The position numbers and the translations under genes are program-made. Shown one piece after another: positions 47,299 through 56,665 of a stretch of DNA of 64,000 nucleotides; positions within the stretch are counted from its first letter, which is position 1; each line of letters starts with the position of its first letter. This DNA is from Gemmatimonas sp. (GTDB lineage Bacteria; Gemmatimonadota; Gemmatimonadetes; Gemmatimonadales; Gemmatimonadaceae): NCBI GenBank assembly GCA_031414535.1, contig JANNVQ010000008.1:24106-88105 (forward strand), written 5' to 3'. The notes under the pieces were generated by a model. That model did no database searches and had not been told where the DNA came from. It worked only from the letters and a program-made list of their open reading frames with translations.

Positions 47299-47372
47299 GG
47301 GCGAATAGCTCAGTTGGTTAGAGCACCTGCCTTACACGCAGGGTGTCGGGGGTTCGAGTCCCTCTTCGCCCA
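47299..47372 (+). tRNA. tRNA-Val (anticodon TAC); CCA not encoded
   Basis: Acceptor stem GGGCGAA/TTCGCCC, D arm AGCTCAGTTGGTTAGAGC, anticodon arm CCTGC-CTTACAC-GCAGG, T loop TTCGAGT. Confidence 0.97.
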
Positions 47373-47453
47373 TTTTAAGTCCCGGTTGGGAACCGACGGA
47401 ACTGTGGTCCCGCTCCTGGGATAAGAAGTCCAACACCTTGTGAGGATTTAACT

Positions 47454-49340
47454 GTGACGGTTCGGCTCCAATTCCGTCCCCTTGCTGCTGCGGCGGCTCT
47501 TCTTGTGGTTGCGGCCGGTTCGGCCGATGCCCAGCGTCGTCCTCCGCGTCCGGACACTCCGTTTTTGACGGTGCAGGTGTTCCGTTCCGCGGACAAGCTC
47601 GCCGGACCGGCCGCCTCGGACGCGCTGCGCGACGAGCTCATCCGCACCTATCCTGGCCCGGTGCTCTGGGTCATCGAAAAGGAGCGACTAACCGAGCTCC
47701 TTGAACAGTCTGGTTACCCGTCCAATGAGCAGCTCGCCCGCTCGGACGAGAACGCCTTGGCGAAGTTCCAGCGCGCCGACGAGTACATTCGCGGCGCCGT
47801 GTTGCAAGAAGCCGACGGCCAGTGGCGCTTGGACGCTCAACTCGTATTGACGCGTGATCTGACCTTGGTCCAGCCGCTGCCCACCGTTCGCGGTCCGCGT
47901 CCGGACCGTGCCGCTCGCGCCCTGCTGCGTGGGCTGAACGATGCCCGCGACCAGCTGCCTTCCGAAAAGCGTTGCATGGATCACGCGCGCAACCAGCGCT
48001 ACGCGCAGGCTATCGCCGAAGCGGATAAGGCGATTGCCACCTACCCGCAGGCCACGCTGGTCCGCTATTGCAAGCTCGAAGTGCTGCGCGCCCAGAATGC
48101 TCCGGCCGACGCACAGACCGCGTTGTCTGAAGAGATCCTTGCAATCGATCCCAACTCCCGGAAGGCGCTGGCCGTTGCGGCCGATGCCTACCAGGCCGCA
48201 GGGAATACGGAAAAAGCTAACGAATACCTCGTGCGTCTCTTGGCCGCCGAGCCGAACAACGCCGCGCTGGCTCAGCGCGTGGTGGACGCCCTCGCGGCGA
48301 GTCGTCAGTACGACGTAGCCGAGCGCATCGTGCAGCAGGCCGTGACCGATAACCCCGGCGACATTGGACTGCTGAAGCTGCGGTTCCTGATTTTGGCATC
48401 TGCCGGCGCCTATCTGCCCGCCATTGCGGCGGGTGAAGAGTTGGTGCAGCTCGACACCGCCGTTGCTGATGTGCAGTTCTTTACGCGGCTCTCGGCGCTC
48501 TATTTGGCAACGGCCGGCGCAGAAGCGGCGAAGGCCGAACCGAGCGAGCGTTTGGCGGATTCGCTCATGCGTGCCACGCCGCCGGATTCGGCCACGGCGA
48601 TGACCACGCGTGCGGCCTCACGTCCGGCCCGTTTGGCGGCGGATAGCCTCTACCGTTTGGCCGCTGGCACGGCTCGCCGCGGGACCACGAAGTTCCCGCG
48701 TGAAGCCTCGCTCTGGCAGTTCCAGGCGCAGGCGCTGCGTAGCGCCGGTGACTTGCCCGGTTCTATTGCCGCGGCCAAGATGGCGCTCGAGATCAATCCC
48801 TTGCAGCCGAACGGCTGGTTGCAGGTCGCGCAGGCTTACATCAGTCTCCAGCAGAACGACAGCGCTGTTTTGGCGCTTCGCAACTCTGTGACGGCCGGTG
48901 ACAACGCCGACATCATCGCCGCCGTGCTCTCGGGTATCGGCAACCAGATGCGTGTGCAGGGTGGCAACGAGAAGAACATCCCAATGCTTGAGGGAGCGGT
49001 CTCGCTGCTGTCGTACGCAGATACTGTGGCCATGCTCACGGACTCGGTTGGCCCGGCAGATGCGCGTAGGGCTCGCCTGCGCGGGACGCCAGAGACCAAG
49101 GCTCGCGTGAAGTTCATCTTGGGTGCGACGGCGGTGACACTGGCGCGCGAACTCGCCACCGCGGCTGCCGCGGGGCGCAACTGTGAAATGGCTCGCAAGG
49201 CCGACGCAGCGCTCATCACGGCGCAGATTGCATTGCCCGGCGGTGCCGCCTTCAACCAAGCCTCGACGGTGCAGTTGATGCAGTCCATCCCTGAGTTCCA
49301 GGCCTACATCACGCAGCTGTCGGCGCAGATCTGCCGCTAA
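47454..49340 (+). CDS. Secreted TPR-repeat protein
   Basis: Signal peptide ending ADA-Q, N-terminal alpha/beta domain, TPR-like helical repeats. Confidence 0.8.
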   Translation: MTVRLQFRPLAAAAALLVVAAGSADAQRRPPRPDTPFLTVQVFRSADKLAGPAASDALRDELIRTYPGPVLWVIEKERLTELLEQSGYPSNEQLARSDENALAKFQRADEYIRGAVLQEADGQWRLDAQLVLTRDLTLVQPLPTVRGPRPDRAARALLRGLNDARDQLPSEKRCMDHARNQRYAQAIAEADKAIATYPQATLVRYCKLEVLRAQNAPADAQTALSEEILAIDPNSRKALAVAADAYQAAGNTEKANEYLVRLLAAEPNNAALAQRVVDALAASRQYDVAERIVQQAVTDNPGDIGLLKLRFLILASAGAYLPAIAAGEELVQLDTAVADVQFFTRLSALYLATAGAEAAKAEPSERLADSLMRATPPDSATAMTTRAASRPARLAADSLYRLAAGTARRGTTKFPREASLWQFQAQALRSAGDLPGSIAAAKMALEINPLQPNGWLQVAQAYISLQQNDSAVLALRNSVTAGDNADIIAAVLSGIGNQMRVQGGNEKNIPMLEGAVSLLSYADTVAMLTDSVGPADARRARLRGTPETKARVKFILGATAVTLARELATAAAAGRNCEMARKADAALITAQIALPGGAAFNQASTVQLMQSIPEFQAYITQLSAQICR

Positions 49341-49355
49341 ACTGAGTTCAGATGT

Positions 49356-49395
49356 ACGAAGCCCGCCGTCGCCACCGAGCGACGGCGGGCTTCGT
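49356..49395 (+). terminator. Strong hairpin, probable intrinsic terminator
   Basis: Perfect 17-bp stem ACGAAGCCCGCCGTCGC / GCGACGGCGGGCTTCGT with a 6-nt loop, 15 nt after a stop codon; U-tract is weak. Confidence 0.7.
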
Positions 49396-49437
49396 CGTTG
49401 TAGTGATTTCCACCTCACAGCGTGTCATCTTTCACTG

Positions 49438-50424
49438 GTGACGCAATCCAATCCCACGCTCGGTGCCCACGACAGCGCTTGGCATGCTCCGGTGCTCGTC
49501 GCCGAAGTCTGCGAGGCGCTGGAAGCGTGCCCGCGCGTGCTCGACGGCACGCTCGGTGGCGGCGGACACGCCGAAGCCTTGCTCGCGCGCGGCCATCACG
49601 TGACCGGGCTGGATCGCGATGCGCAAGCGTTAGAGATTGCCTCCGCGCGATTGGCTCCGCAGGCGGCGTCAGGAAAGTTTGCGGCGGTGCAGGGAAATCA
49701 CGACGCGATTGCTGACGTGGTCGCGCTCGAGGGCGTGCAGTGGGATGGCATCCTCCTCGACTTGGGCGTGAGTTCGCGCCAGCTTGACGATGACGCGCGC
49801 GGATTTTCGTTCAGGCCCAGTGTCGCGCTCGACATGCGCATGGACGAATCCGCTGAACACACGGCGGCGGACTGGCTCAATACCGCAGACGAAGCCACGC
49901 TGACGCGCACCTTCAAGGAAGCCGGCGACGAGCCCAAGGCGCGGCGGCTCGCGCGCGAGATTTTGCATCGTCGTGATCGAAAGCCGTTTGAGATCAGCGA
50001 TGACCTAGTGGGCGCTATTCGCGCCGTGCTCGGCCCACGTTCTGGACCCGGAGACTTTGCCCGCTTGTTTCAAGCGGTGCGCATCGCGGTAAACGACGAG
50101 TTGGCCGGGCTCTCGCGTGGGCTCGTCGCGCTGCGTGAACGGTTGGTGCCGGGTGGCGTGCTCGCGGTGATTGCCTACCACTCCGGCGAAGATCGGGTGG
50201 TGAAGCACCTCTTCCGCGAGTGGAGTGCGGACTGCATCTGCCCACCGCGGCAGCCGATGTGTACCTGCGCGGGCGTGGCCTTCGGAGAGACAATCACGCG
50301 CAAGCCGATTCTGGCCGCGGATGCGGAAACAGCGGTCAACGGCCGCGCGCGTTCGGCGCATCTGCGTGTCTGGCGGAAGGCGGGTGGTGAAGGGGAATCG
50401 GTGCCTAAGCTGAGGGGCCGCTAA
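49438..50424 (+). CDS. rsmH: 16S rRNA m4C1402 methyltransferase
   Basis: HAPVL, DGTLGGGGH, DLGVSS.QLD...RGFSF, LDMRMD, YHSGEDR, RARSA.LR. Confidence 0.96.
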   Translation: MTQSNPTLGAHDSAWHAPVLVAEVCEALEACPRVLDGTLGGGGHAEALLARGHHVTGLDRDAQALEIASARLAPQAASGKFAAVQGNHDAIADVVALEGVQWDGILLDLGVSSRQLDDDARGFSFRPSVALDMRMDESAEHTAADWLNTADEATLTRTFKEAGDEPKARRLAREILHRRDRKPFEISDDLVGAIRAVLGPRSGPGDFARLFQAVRIAVNDELAGLSRGLVALRERLVPGGVLAVIAYHSGEDRVVKHLFREWSADCICPPRQPMCTCAGVAFGETITRKPILAADAETAVNGRARSAHLRVWRKAGGEGESVPKLRGR

Positions 50425-50426
50425 AC

Positions 50427-50717
50427 ATGCGTGGACGCTCGGTGATTTTCCTCGCCCTGCTCGGTTTCTTTGTGCTGGCCACAGGCGTCATATGGAGGAG
50501 AAGTCTGGGCATCGCCCAAGCCAGCCAAATCCAAGAACTCGAAAACCGTCGGTCCGCACTGGAAGCACAGGAGGCCGCCCTCGAAGGCGCCATCCGCGAT
50601 GCCTCAAGCCGCGCCCGACTTGCTCCCATTGCCGAAGAGAAGTTGGGGATGCGCATTCCGCCTGAGAGCCTGGTAATCATCATTCCGCGCCCCGAGCGGG
50701 CGACGTCGCGCCCGTGA
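50427..50717 (+). CDS. ftsL: Cell division protein FtsL-like
   Basis: TM helix, coiled coil and AEEKLGM..P; lies between rsmH and ftsI. Confidence 0.8.
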   Translation: MRGRSVIFLALLGFFVLATGVIWRRSLGIAQASQIQELENRRSALEAQEAALEGAIRDASSRARLAPIAEEKLGMRIPPESLVIIIPRPERATSRP

Positions 50718-52690
50718 TTAAGGTCAGCCGCGTGGGCGTCGTGCAGGGCGCCTTCGTGTGCTTTGCGGTGGCGCTCGTCGGTCGCGCCGCCTGGGTGCAG
50801 CTCGGACAAACGGAGCGCTGGCGTACGGCCGCGCGCGGACAGCAAGTGGCCGCCGCTGCGGTGCCCGCAACGCGCGGCTCCATCCTCGATGCCTCCGGCA
50901 ACGTGCTCGTGCAGAGCCGCACTGTCGTGCGCCTCGCCGTAGCACCTACTGAAGTGCGTAAGCCGGATGAACTCGCACGTGCGTTGCGCAACGCGCGCGT
51001 GCCCGAGGAGTTCGTGCGCCGCGCCACCGACCGCAATCGCAAGTGGGTGGAAATTCCGGGGCGCTACCTGAGCAGCGATGTGGCAGAAGCCATGGCGATG
51101 CGCGGCGTGCATCCCACCGAAGCCATCGAGCGCGTGGCGCCTCCCACCGACGGACTACGCCGCTTGCTTGGCAGCATTGATGCCAAGGGCAACGGCGTTG
51201 GAGGCGTAGAGGCTTCACTTGATTCGGTGCTGCGTGGCCAGGCGGGCACGCGCGCCTTGCTGCGCGATGGTCGTGGTCGCCGCTTGGACTCTCCCGAGGA
51301 GCAGGGCGCTGCACCGGTGACGGGACATTCGGTCATGCTCACGCTCAACGAGGGCCTACAGGATATCGCGGAACGTGCGCTGGCTGATGCCGTATCGGAG
51401 ATGGACGCCAGCGGTGGCGACATCGTGATTCTGGATCCGCACACGGGTGAGATTCGCGCACTGGCCAGCCGCCGCCGCGGTGCAGCAACCACAGGCGCGA
51501 CGGCGCTCACCGAGCCGTATGAGCCAGGCTCCACGGTGAAGCCCTTCATTGCCGCCGCCTTGCTTGAGCGCGGGCGCGTGCGGCTGCAGGATTCCGTGCC
51601 CACGTACAACGGGGAATGGCGCAACAACGGCCGCACCATACGCGATGTGCATCGCGCCCGCGCGATGAGCTTCGCCGAAGTGATTCAGCAGTCGTCCAAT
51701 ATTGGCATCGTGCAATTCAACGAACGGCTCTCGGCGCGCGAGCAGTACGAAGCGCTCCGCGATGCGGGTTTCGGTATGAGCACGGGATTGCCGTACCCGA
51801 GCGAATCGCCGGGCCGCTTGTATCCCGTGAGCCGATGGTCGGGAACATCGCGGGCCTCGCTGGCGATGGGCTACGAACTGAGCGTGACGCCCGTGCAACT
51901 GGCCTCGGCGTATGCGGCCTTCGCCAATGGCGGCCTGCTCGTTGAACCGCAGCTCATCCAGGAAGTGCGTGATCCCGAAGGCAAGACCGTGTGGCGCGCC
52001 GAGCGTCGGGTGGTGCGCCGCATGATGAGTGCGCACACGGCAACGGTGATGCGCTCGCTACTTCGCGATGTGGTGAGCGGCGGTACCGCGACTGGGGCCA
52101 ATCTCTCCACCTTTGAGGTGGCAGGAAAATCCGGAACGGCGCGTCGCGTGAGTACGGACGGACGCGGCTACGCCGAAGGTTCGTACACGGCGAGCTTTGT
52201 GGGCCTGTTTCCCGCCGACGATCCGCAGTACGTGATTCTTGTGAAGCTCGACAATCCCAACGGCGCCTCGTACTACGGCGGCCGCGTGGCGGCGCCGGTG
52301 AGCAAGGTGGTGCTGGAGGCGGCCATTGCGGCACGCGATGCGGCGCTCAATCGCACGCAGTTGGCTGACGCGCCAAAGCGGCGCGCCACCGCGGTGGATC
52401 AGCGCGCGGACAGCGTGCAGGCTGCCGCGGCGGTGGCCGAGGTCGAGTCAGAACAGGCGACACCGGCCTATGTCGTGGAGTTGGGGAATCCCGTGACGGT
52501 CACGACGCCTGTGGTGACGGAGCGCGCGGTGCCGAATGTGCGAGGTCTGCCCACGCGACTCGCGGTGCGCGAACTCCACAAAGCAGGGTTCCGGGTGCAG
52601 CTCGTGAGCGCACCCGCTGGCGAGGTGCAACCTGCAGCGGGGACGCTGTTGCGCTCGGGATCTGTGGTCCGCTTGGGGAACGAGCGATGA
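50714..52690 (+). CDS. ftsI: Class B penicillin-binding protein with PASTA domain
   Basis: RGSILD, EPGSTVK (SxxK), SSN (SxN), KSGTA; C-terminal VPNVRGL. Confidence 0.93.
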   Translation: MIKVSRVGVVQGAFVCFAVALVGRAAWVQLGQTERWRTAARGQQVAAAAVPATRGSILDASGNVLVQSRTVVRLAVAPTEVRKPDELARALRNARVPEEFVRRATDRNRKWVEIPGRYLSSDVAEAMAMRGVHPTEAIERVAPPTDGLRRLLGSIDAKGNGVGGVEASLDSVLRGQAGTRALLRDGRGRRLDSPEEQGAAPVTGHSVMLTLNEGLQDIAERALADAVSEMDASGGDIVILDPHTGEIRALASRRRGAATTGATALTEPYEPGSTVKPFIAAALLERGRVRLQDSVPTYNGEWRNNGRTIRDVHRARAMSFAEVIQQSSNIGIVQFNERLSAREQYEALRDAGFGMSTGLPYPSESPGRLYPVSRWSGTSRASLAMGYELSVTPVQLASAYAAFANGGLLVEPQLIQEVRDPEGKTVWRAERRVVRRMMSAHTATVMRSLLRDVVSGGTATGANLSTFEVAGKSGTARRVSTDGRGYAEGSYTASFVGLFPADDPQYVILVKLDNPNGASYYGGRVAAPVSKVVLEAAIAARDAALNRTQLADAPKRRATAVDQRADSVQAAAAVAEVESEQATPAYVVELGNPVTVTTPVVTERAVPNVRGLPTRLAVRELHKAGFRVQLVSAPAGEVQPAAGTLLRSGSVVRLGNER

Positions 52691-54177
52691 GCGGCGCGTC
52701 CACACTGGTGGCGACGGCGCTGCTGCGTGACGCGCTCCACCAGGCGGGCCTGCTCGTCGAGGTGCGCGGCTCGTTGCCCGAGAGCATTGCTGCCATCACT
52801 GAGGACAGTCGCAAGGCGAACGCGGGTAGCTGCTTTGTGGCAGTCCGTGGTGCGGCCCGAGACGGGCACGCGTTCTTGCCACAAGTCGAAGCCGCGGGCG
52901 CGGCCATGGCCATCATCGCGGCGGACGCTACGACATCGCTGCCGGCTCTGGTCGTGCGCGAGACGCGGGCGGCAGTGGCGGTTGCGGCGGCAGCCTTCTA
53001 CGCGGAGCCGGCGCGCGCGCTGCAGATGGTGGCCGTCACCGGAACCAATGGGAAAACCACGACGGTTGGATTGCTGCGCCATTTGCTTCATTCCGCCGAT
53101 GCACCCGCCGCAAGCATCGGTACGCTGGGTGTGCTGCTCGGCGACGGCTCGCCGTTTCCCGGTGGCTCTGGCTTGACCACGCCAGGTCCAATCGAGCTGC
53201 AACGCCTGCTGCGCGATCTCGTGGAGGTCGGCGTACGCCGCGTGGCGATGGAAGTCAGCTCGCACGCATTGGACCAACAACGCGTTGGCGGCCTGAGCTT
53301 TGCGGCCGGGGTGTTCACCAATCTCACGCGCGACCACCTGGATTATCACGGCACGATGGACGCCTACTTCGCCGCCAAGGCCAAGTTGGTGGACCTGATT
53401 GCCACGGATGGAACGATTGTGAGCAACGCAGACGACGCGTGGTGGAAGGGGCTGCCGTCCACGCGTCGCACGTTGCGCTTTGGCTTGAATACTGGCGCCG
53501 ATGTGCGCGCTGAGGATGTGCGGTACACGCCGCGAGGATCTGCCTGGTTGCTCAAGCAGGGCGATCAGTCGCGGCCGGTGGTGCTGCCGCTCATCGGGGA
53601 TTTCAATGTGGCCAACGCGCTGGCCGCTGCGGCTGCGGCCCGCGTGCTCGGCGTGCCCTTCGATGCAGTGGCTACGCGGCTTACCACCTCGCCGCAGGTG
53701 CCGGGTCGCCTCGAGCTGTTGAGCGAGGAGCCGACGGTGCTGAGAGACTATGCCCATACGCCCGATGCGCTCGCGCGCGCGCTTGCCGCGCTCCGGCCCT
53801 TCACGCCGGGCCGCTTGATCGTGCTGTTTGGTTGCGGTGGCGACCGTGACCGCGGCAAGCGGCCGTTGATGGCCGTGGCGGCGCGTGATGGCGCCGATCA
53901 TCTCGTGGTGACCAGCGACAATCCTCGCACGGAAGATCCCGAGCGCATTCTTGATGACGTCTGCGCGCCGTTGGAAGCGGGGAGCTACGACCGCATCGAA
54001 GACCGCCGCGCCGCCATCGCGCACGCCATCACGCTTGCCGATCCACAGCGCGACGTGGTGCTGCTCGCGGGGAAGGGGCACGAGACCTATCAGATTCGCG
54101 GCAGCACCTCGTATCCATTTGACGAAGCCGCTATCGTGCGAGAGATAATCGCACCGCTTCGCCGCACTCCACTCTGA
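52687..54177 (+). CDS. murE: UDP-MurNAc-tripeptide synthetase (meso-DAP type)
   Basis: TGTNGKTT, MEVSSH, DYAHTPD, DNPR, AGKGHE. Confidence 0.96.
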   Translation: MSGASTLVATALLRDALHQAGLLVEVRGSLPESIAAITEDSRKANAGSCFVAVRGAARDGHAFLPQVEAAGAAMAIIAADATTSLPALVVRETRAAVAVAAAAFYAEPARALQMVAVTGTNGKTTTVGLLRHLLHSADAPAASIGTLGVLLGDGSPFPGGSGLTTPGPIELQRLLRDLVEVGVRRVAMEVSSHALDQQRVGGLSFAAGVFTNLTRDHLDYHGTMDAYFAAKAKLVDLIATDGTIVSNADDAWWKGLPSTRRTLRFGLNTGADVRAEDVRYTPRGSAWLLKQGDQSRPVVLPLIGDFNVANALAAAAAARVLGVPFDAVATRLTTSPQVPGRLELLSEEPTVLRDYAHTPDALARALAALRPFTPGRLIVLFGCGGDRDRGKRPLMAVAARDGADHLVVTSDNPRTEDPERILDDVCAPLEAGSYDRIEDRRAAIAHAITLADPQRDVVLLAGKGHETYQIRGSTSYPFDEAAIVREIIAPLRRTPL

Positions 54178-55532
54178 TGACATTCTGGACACTCGCGCGC
54201 GTCGCACGCGCCGTCGGCCTCGAAGGCCAATACGATGAGCGGCCGATCGCTGGCATTTCTACCGATACGCGCAGCCTCGCAACGGGCGACTGCTTCGTAG
54301 CCCTGCGCGGCGAGCGCTTTGACGGCCATGATCATCTTGAGGCCGCGATTGCAGCCGGCGCCGCCGCACTGGTCGTGCAGGACGTGCGGCAGGCTCCACT
54401 CGTTGGCGTCCCGGTGTTTGAAGTGCCAGATACGCTCGTGGCCCTCGGGCAACTGGCGCGCTACCGCCGCGATGCCTGGAGCAAGCCGGTGATCGCCGTG
54501 GGCGGCAGCAACGGGAAGACGAGCACCAAGGAGCTGCTGAAGGCGGCCTTGGGCTCCACGTACACCGTGCACGCCACGACGGGTAATCTCAACAATCGCA
54601 TCGGGGTGCCGCTCACGCTGCTCGCGCTCGATGATGCAGCGGACCTCGCCGTGATTGAGGCCGGCACCAACGAGCCCGGCGAGATTGCCTTGCTGCGCGA
54701 GATTATCCGCCCCGACGTGGCCGTGGTGACCACCGTACAGGAGGAGCACCTCGAAGGCTTCGGCGATCTCGCTGGCGTGCTGGCTGAAGAGCTGTCGCTC
54801 TGCGATGACGTGCCGATTGCGGTGGTGCCCGTCGATGAAGCGGATGTGGTGCGGGAAGCCAAGATCCGCGCGGGTCGCACGGTACGTGCCGGCCTTGATG
54901 CCGGTGAACGGCACGCGACTTCGCACGGAATGAATCCCAACGGCACGGGCTGGTGCTACTGGGAGGGCGCTCGGGTGGAGGTGCCGCTGCCGGGTGCCCA
55001 CAACCTGCGGAACGCCACGCTCGCGCTGGCCGTGGCCTCGGAGTTCGGCGTCGCGCCCGAGCGCGCGGCCGCCGCAATTGCCGCGATGCCACAGCCACCC
55101 ATGCGCTCGGCCGTCGGCCCACTGGGCCGTGCCCTCTTGGTGAACGACTGCTACAACTCCAATCCTGGCTCGGCGCGCGCCGCCATCGCGCTGTTGCGCG
55201 ATGTCGGGGCGGGGCGTCAACGGGTGGCAGTGCTTGGCACGATGCGAGAACTTGGCGCGGCAAGCGAGCGGGCCCACCGTGAGGTGGCAGAAGCGGCGTT
55301 GGCGAGCGGGGCGGAGCTGGTCGCCGGCATCGGCGAATTCGCCGCGCCGCTGAAGGCATTGGGAGAAGCGCAGCGCGTGCTTCAGCGCGTGCTGGTGGCG
55401 GAGGACGTGGATGATCTCTGGTCGCTGTTGCAATCCCGTCTCGCGCCCGATGCCGTCATCCTGCTCAAGGCCTCGCGCGGCGTAAGGCTCGAACGTCTGC
55501 TGCCACTCCTCACCACTTGGGCGACGACCTGA
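54177..55532 (+). CDS. murF: UDP-MurNAc-pentapeptide synthetase
   Basis: GSNGKTSTK, NLNNRIGVP, DCYNSNP, MRELG, KASRG. Confidence 0.96.
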   Translation: MTFWTLARVARAVGLEGQYDERPIAGISTDTRSLATGDCFVALRGERFDGHDHLEAAIAAGAAALVVQDVRQAPLVGVPVFEVPDTLVALGQLARYRRDAWSKPVIAVGGSNGKTSTKELLKAALGSTYTVHATTGNLNNRIGVPLTLLALDDAADLAVIEAGTNEPGEIALLREIIRPDVAVVTTVQEEHLEGFGDLAGVLAEELSLCDDVPIAVVPVDEADVVREAKIRAGRTVRAGLDAGERHATSHGMNPNGTGWCYWEGARVEVPLPGAHNLRNATLALAVASEFGVAPERAAAAIAAMPQPPMRSAVGPLGRALLVNDCYNSNPGSARAAIALLRDVGAGRQRVAVLGTMRELGAASERAHREVAEAALASGAELVAGIGEFAAPLKALGEAQRVLQRVLVAEDVDDLWSLLQSRLAPDAVILLKASRGVRLERLLPLLTTWATT

Positions 55533-56665
55533 TGCTGTACGAGTTTCTACTCCCGCTCACCCAGTTTGAGAGTGGGTTCAACATCTTCCGCTACATCTCG
55601 TTTCGCGCCGCCGGCGCGTCCATCACCTCGCTCTTGGTGTGCTTCATCGTTGGGCCGTGGATTCTTGCTCGGCTCCGGCACATGCAGGTGCACCAGGTGG
55701 TGCGTGCAGGCACGCCGGACTCGCATGCCGGCAAAGGCAAGACGCCGACGATGGGTGGCCTCATCATCCTGAGCGCGGTGTTCATCTCCACGCTGCTCTG
55801 GATGCAATTGCGCAGCAAGTACGTGTGGCTGGCGCTGGTCGCCACGCTACTCATGGGCGCGATTGGTTTTCTTGACGACTATCTCAAGCTCAAGCAGAAG
55901 CGCGAAGGCAAGGAGAATCGCGGCCTCGTTGAGCGCTACAAGCTGGCGGGGCAGGTGACCATCGGCCTCGCGCTCGGCATCTACCTCTGGCAGTTCCCCA
56001 TCAACAACTTGCCGGGCGCGAGCACTACGCTCCCGTTCTATAAGTATGTGTTGATTGTCCCGGCCATCGCGTGGCTCTACGTGCCCTTTGTCACTTTTGT
56101 GATGACGGGCTTCAGCAACGCCGTGAACCTCACGGATGGGCTCGACGGACTCGCCACGGGACTGATGGCCATCGCTATGCTCACTATGGCAATCTTTGCG
56201 TATGTGATGGGCCGTGTGGACGCGACGGAGTACCTAGGCCTTATCTACCTGCGCGGCGCCGGTGAACTCACGGTGTTCTGCTCGGCGGTATTCGGCGCGG
56301 CGGTGGGTTTCCTCTGGTACAACGCGCACCCCGCCGACGTCTTCATGGGCGACACGGGCTCCCTCGCACTCGGCGGCTCGCTGGGAGCGGTAGCCATTCT
56401 GCTCAAGAGCGAGTTCCTCCTCGTTATCGTGGGCGGCGTGTTTGTGGCCGAGACCTTTTCGGTGGTGATTCAGCGCTCGGCGTTCAAATGGCGCAAGCGG
56501 AGGTTCGGCGTGGAGTACGCGCAGAAGAACCGTGTGTTCCTTCGTGCACCCATCCATCATCACTTTGAGTTGAAGGGTTGGCCGGAGACGCAGGTGGTGG
56601 TGCGCTTTTGGATTCTCGGCATTCTCTGCGCCTTCTTGGCACTTTCCACGCTGAAGATCCGGTGA
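55532..56665 (+). CDS. mraY: Phospho-MurNAc-pentapeptide transferase
   Basis: TPTMGG, GFLDDY, NAVNLTDGLDGL, FMGDTGS, APIHHHFE. Confidence 0.97.
   Translation: MLYEFLLPLTQFESGFNIFRYISFRAAGASITSLLVCFIVGPWILARLRHMQVHQVVRAGTPDSHAGKGKTPTMGGLIILSAVFISTLLWMQLRSKYVWLALVATLLMGAIGFLDDYLKLKQKREGKENRGLVERYKLAGQVTIGLALGIYLWQFPINNLPGASTTLPFYKYVLIVPAIAWLYVPFVTFVMTGFSNAVNLTDGLDGLATGLMAIAMLTMAIFAYVMGRVDATEYLGLIYLRGAGELTVFCSAVFGAAVGFLWYNAHPADVFMGDTGSLALGGSLGAVAILLKSEFLLVIVGGVFVAETFSVVIQRSAFKWRKRRFGVEYAQKNRVFLRAPIHHHFELKGWPETQVVVRFWILGILCAFLALSTLKIR

Noticed and set aside
47299..47372. tRNA-Val as the integration site of an island carrying the che/mgl cluster
   Set aside because: No integrase, no duplicated tRNA 3' end noticed, and the cluster's composition looks like the flanking housekeeping genes.
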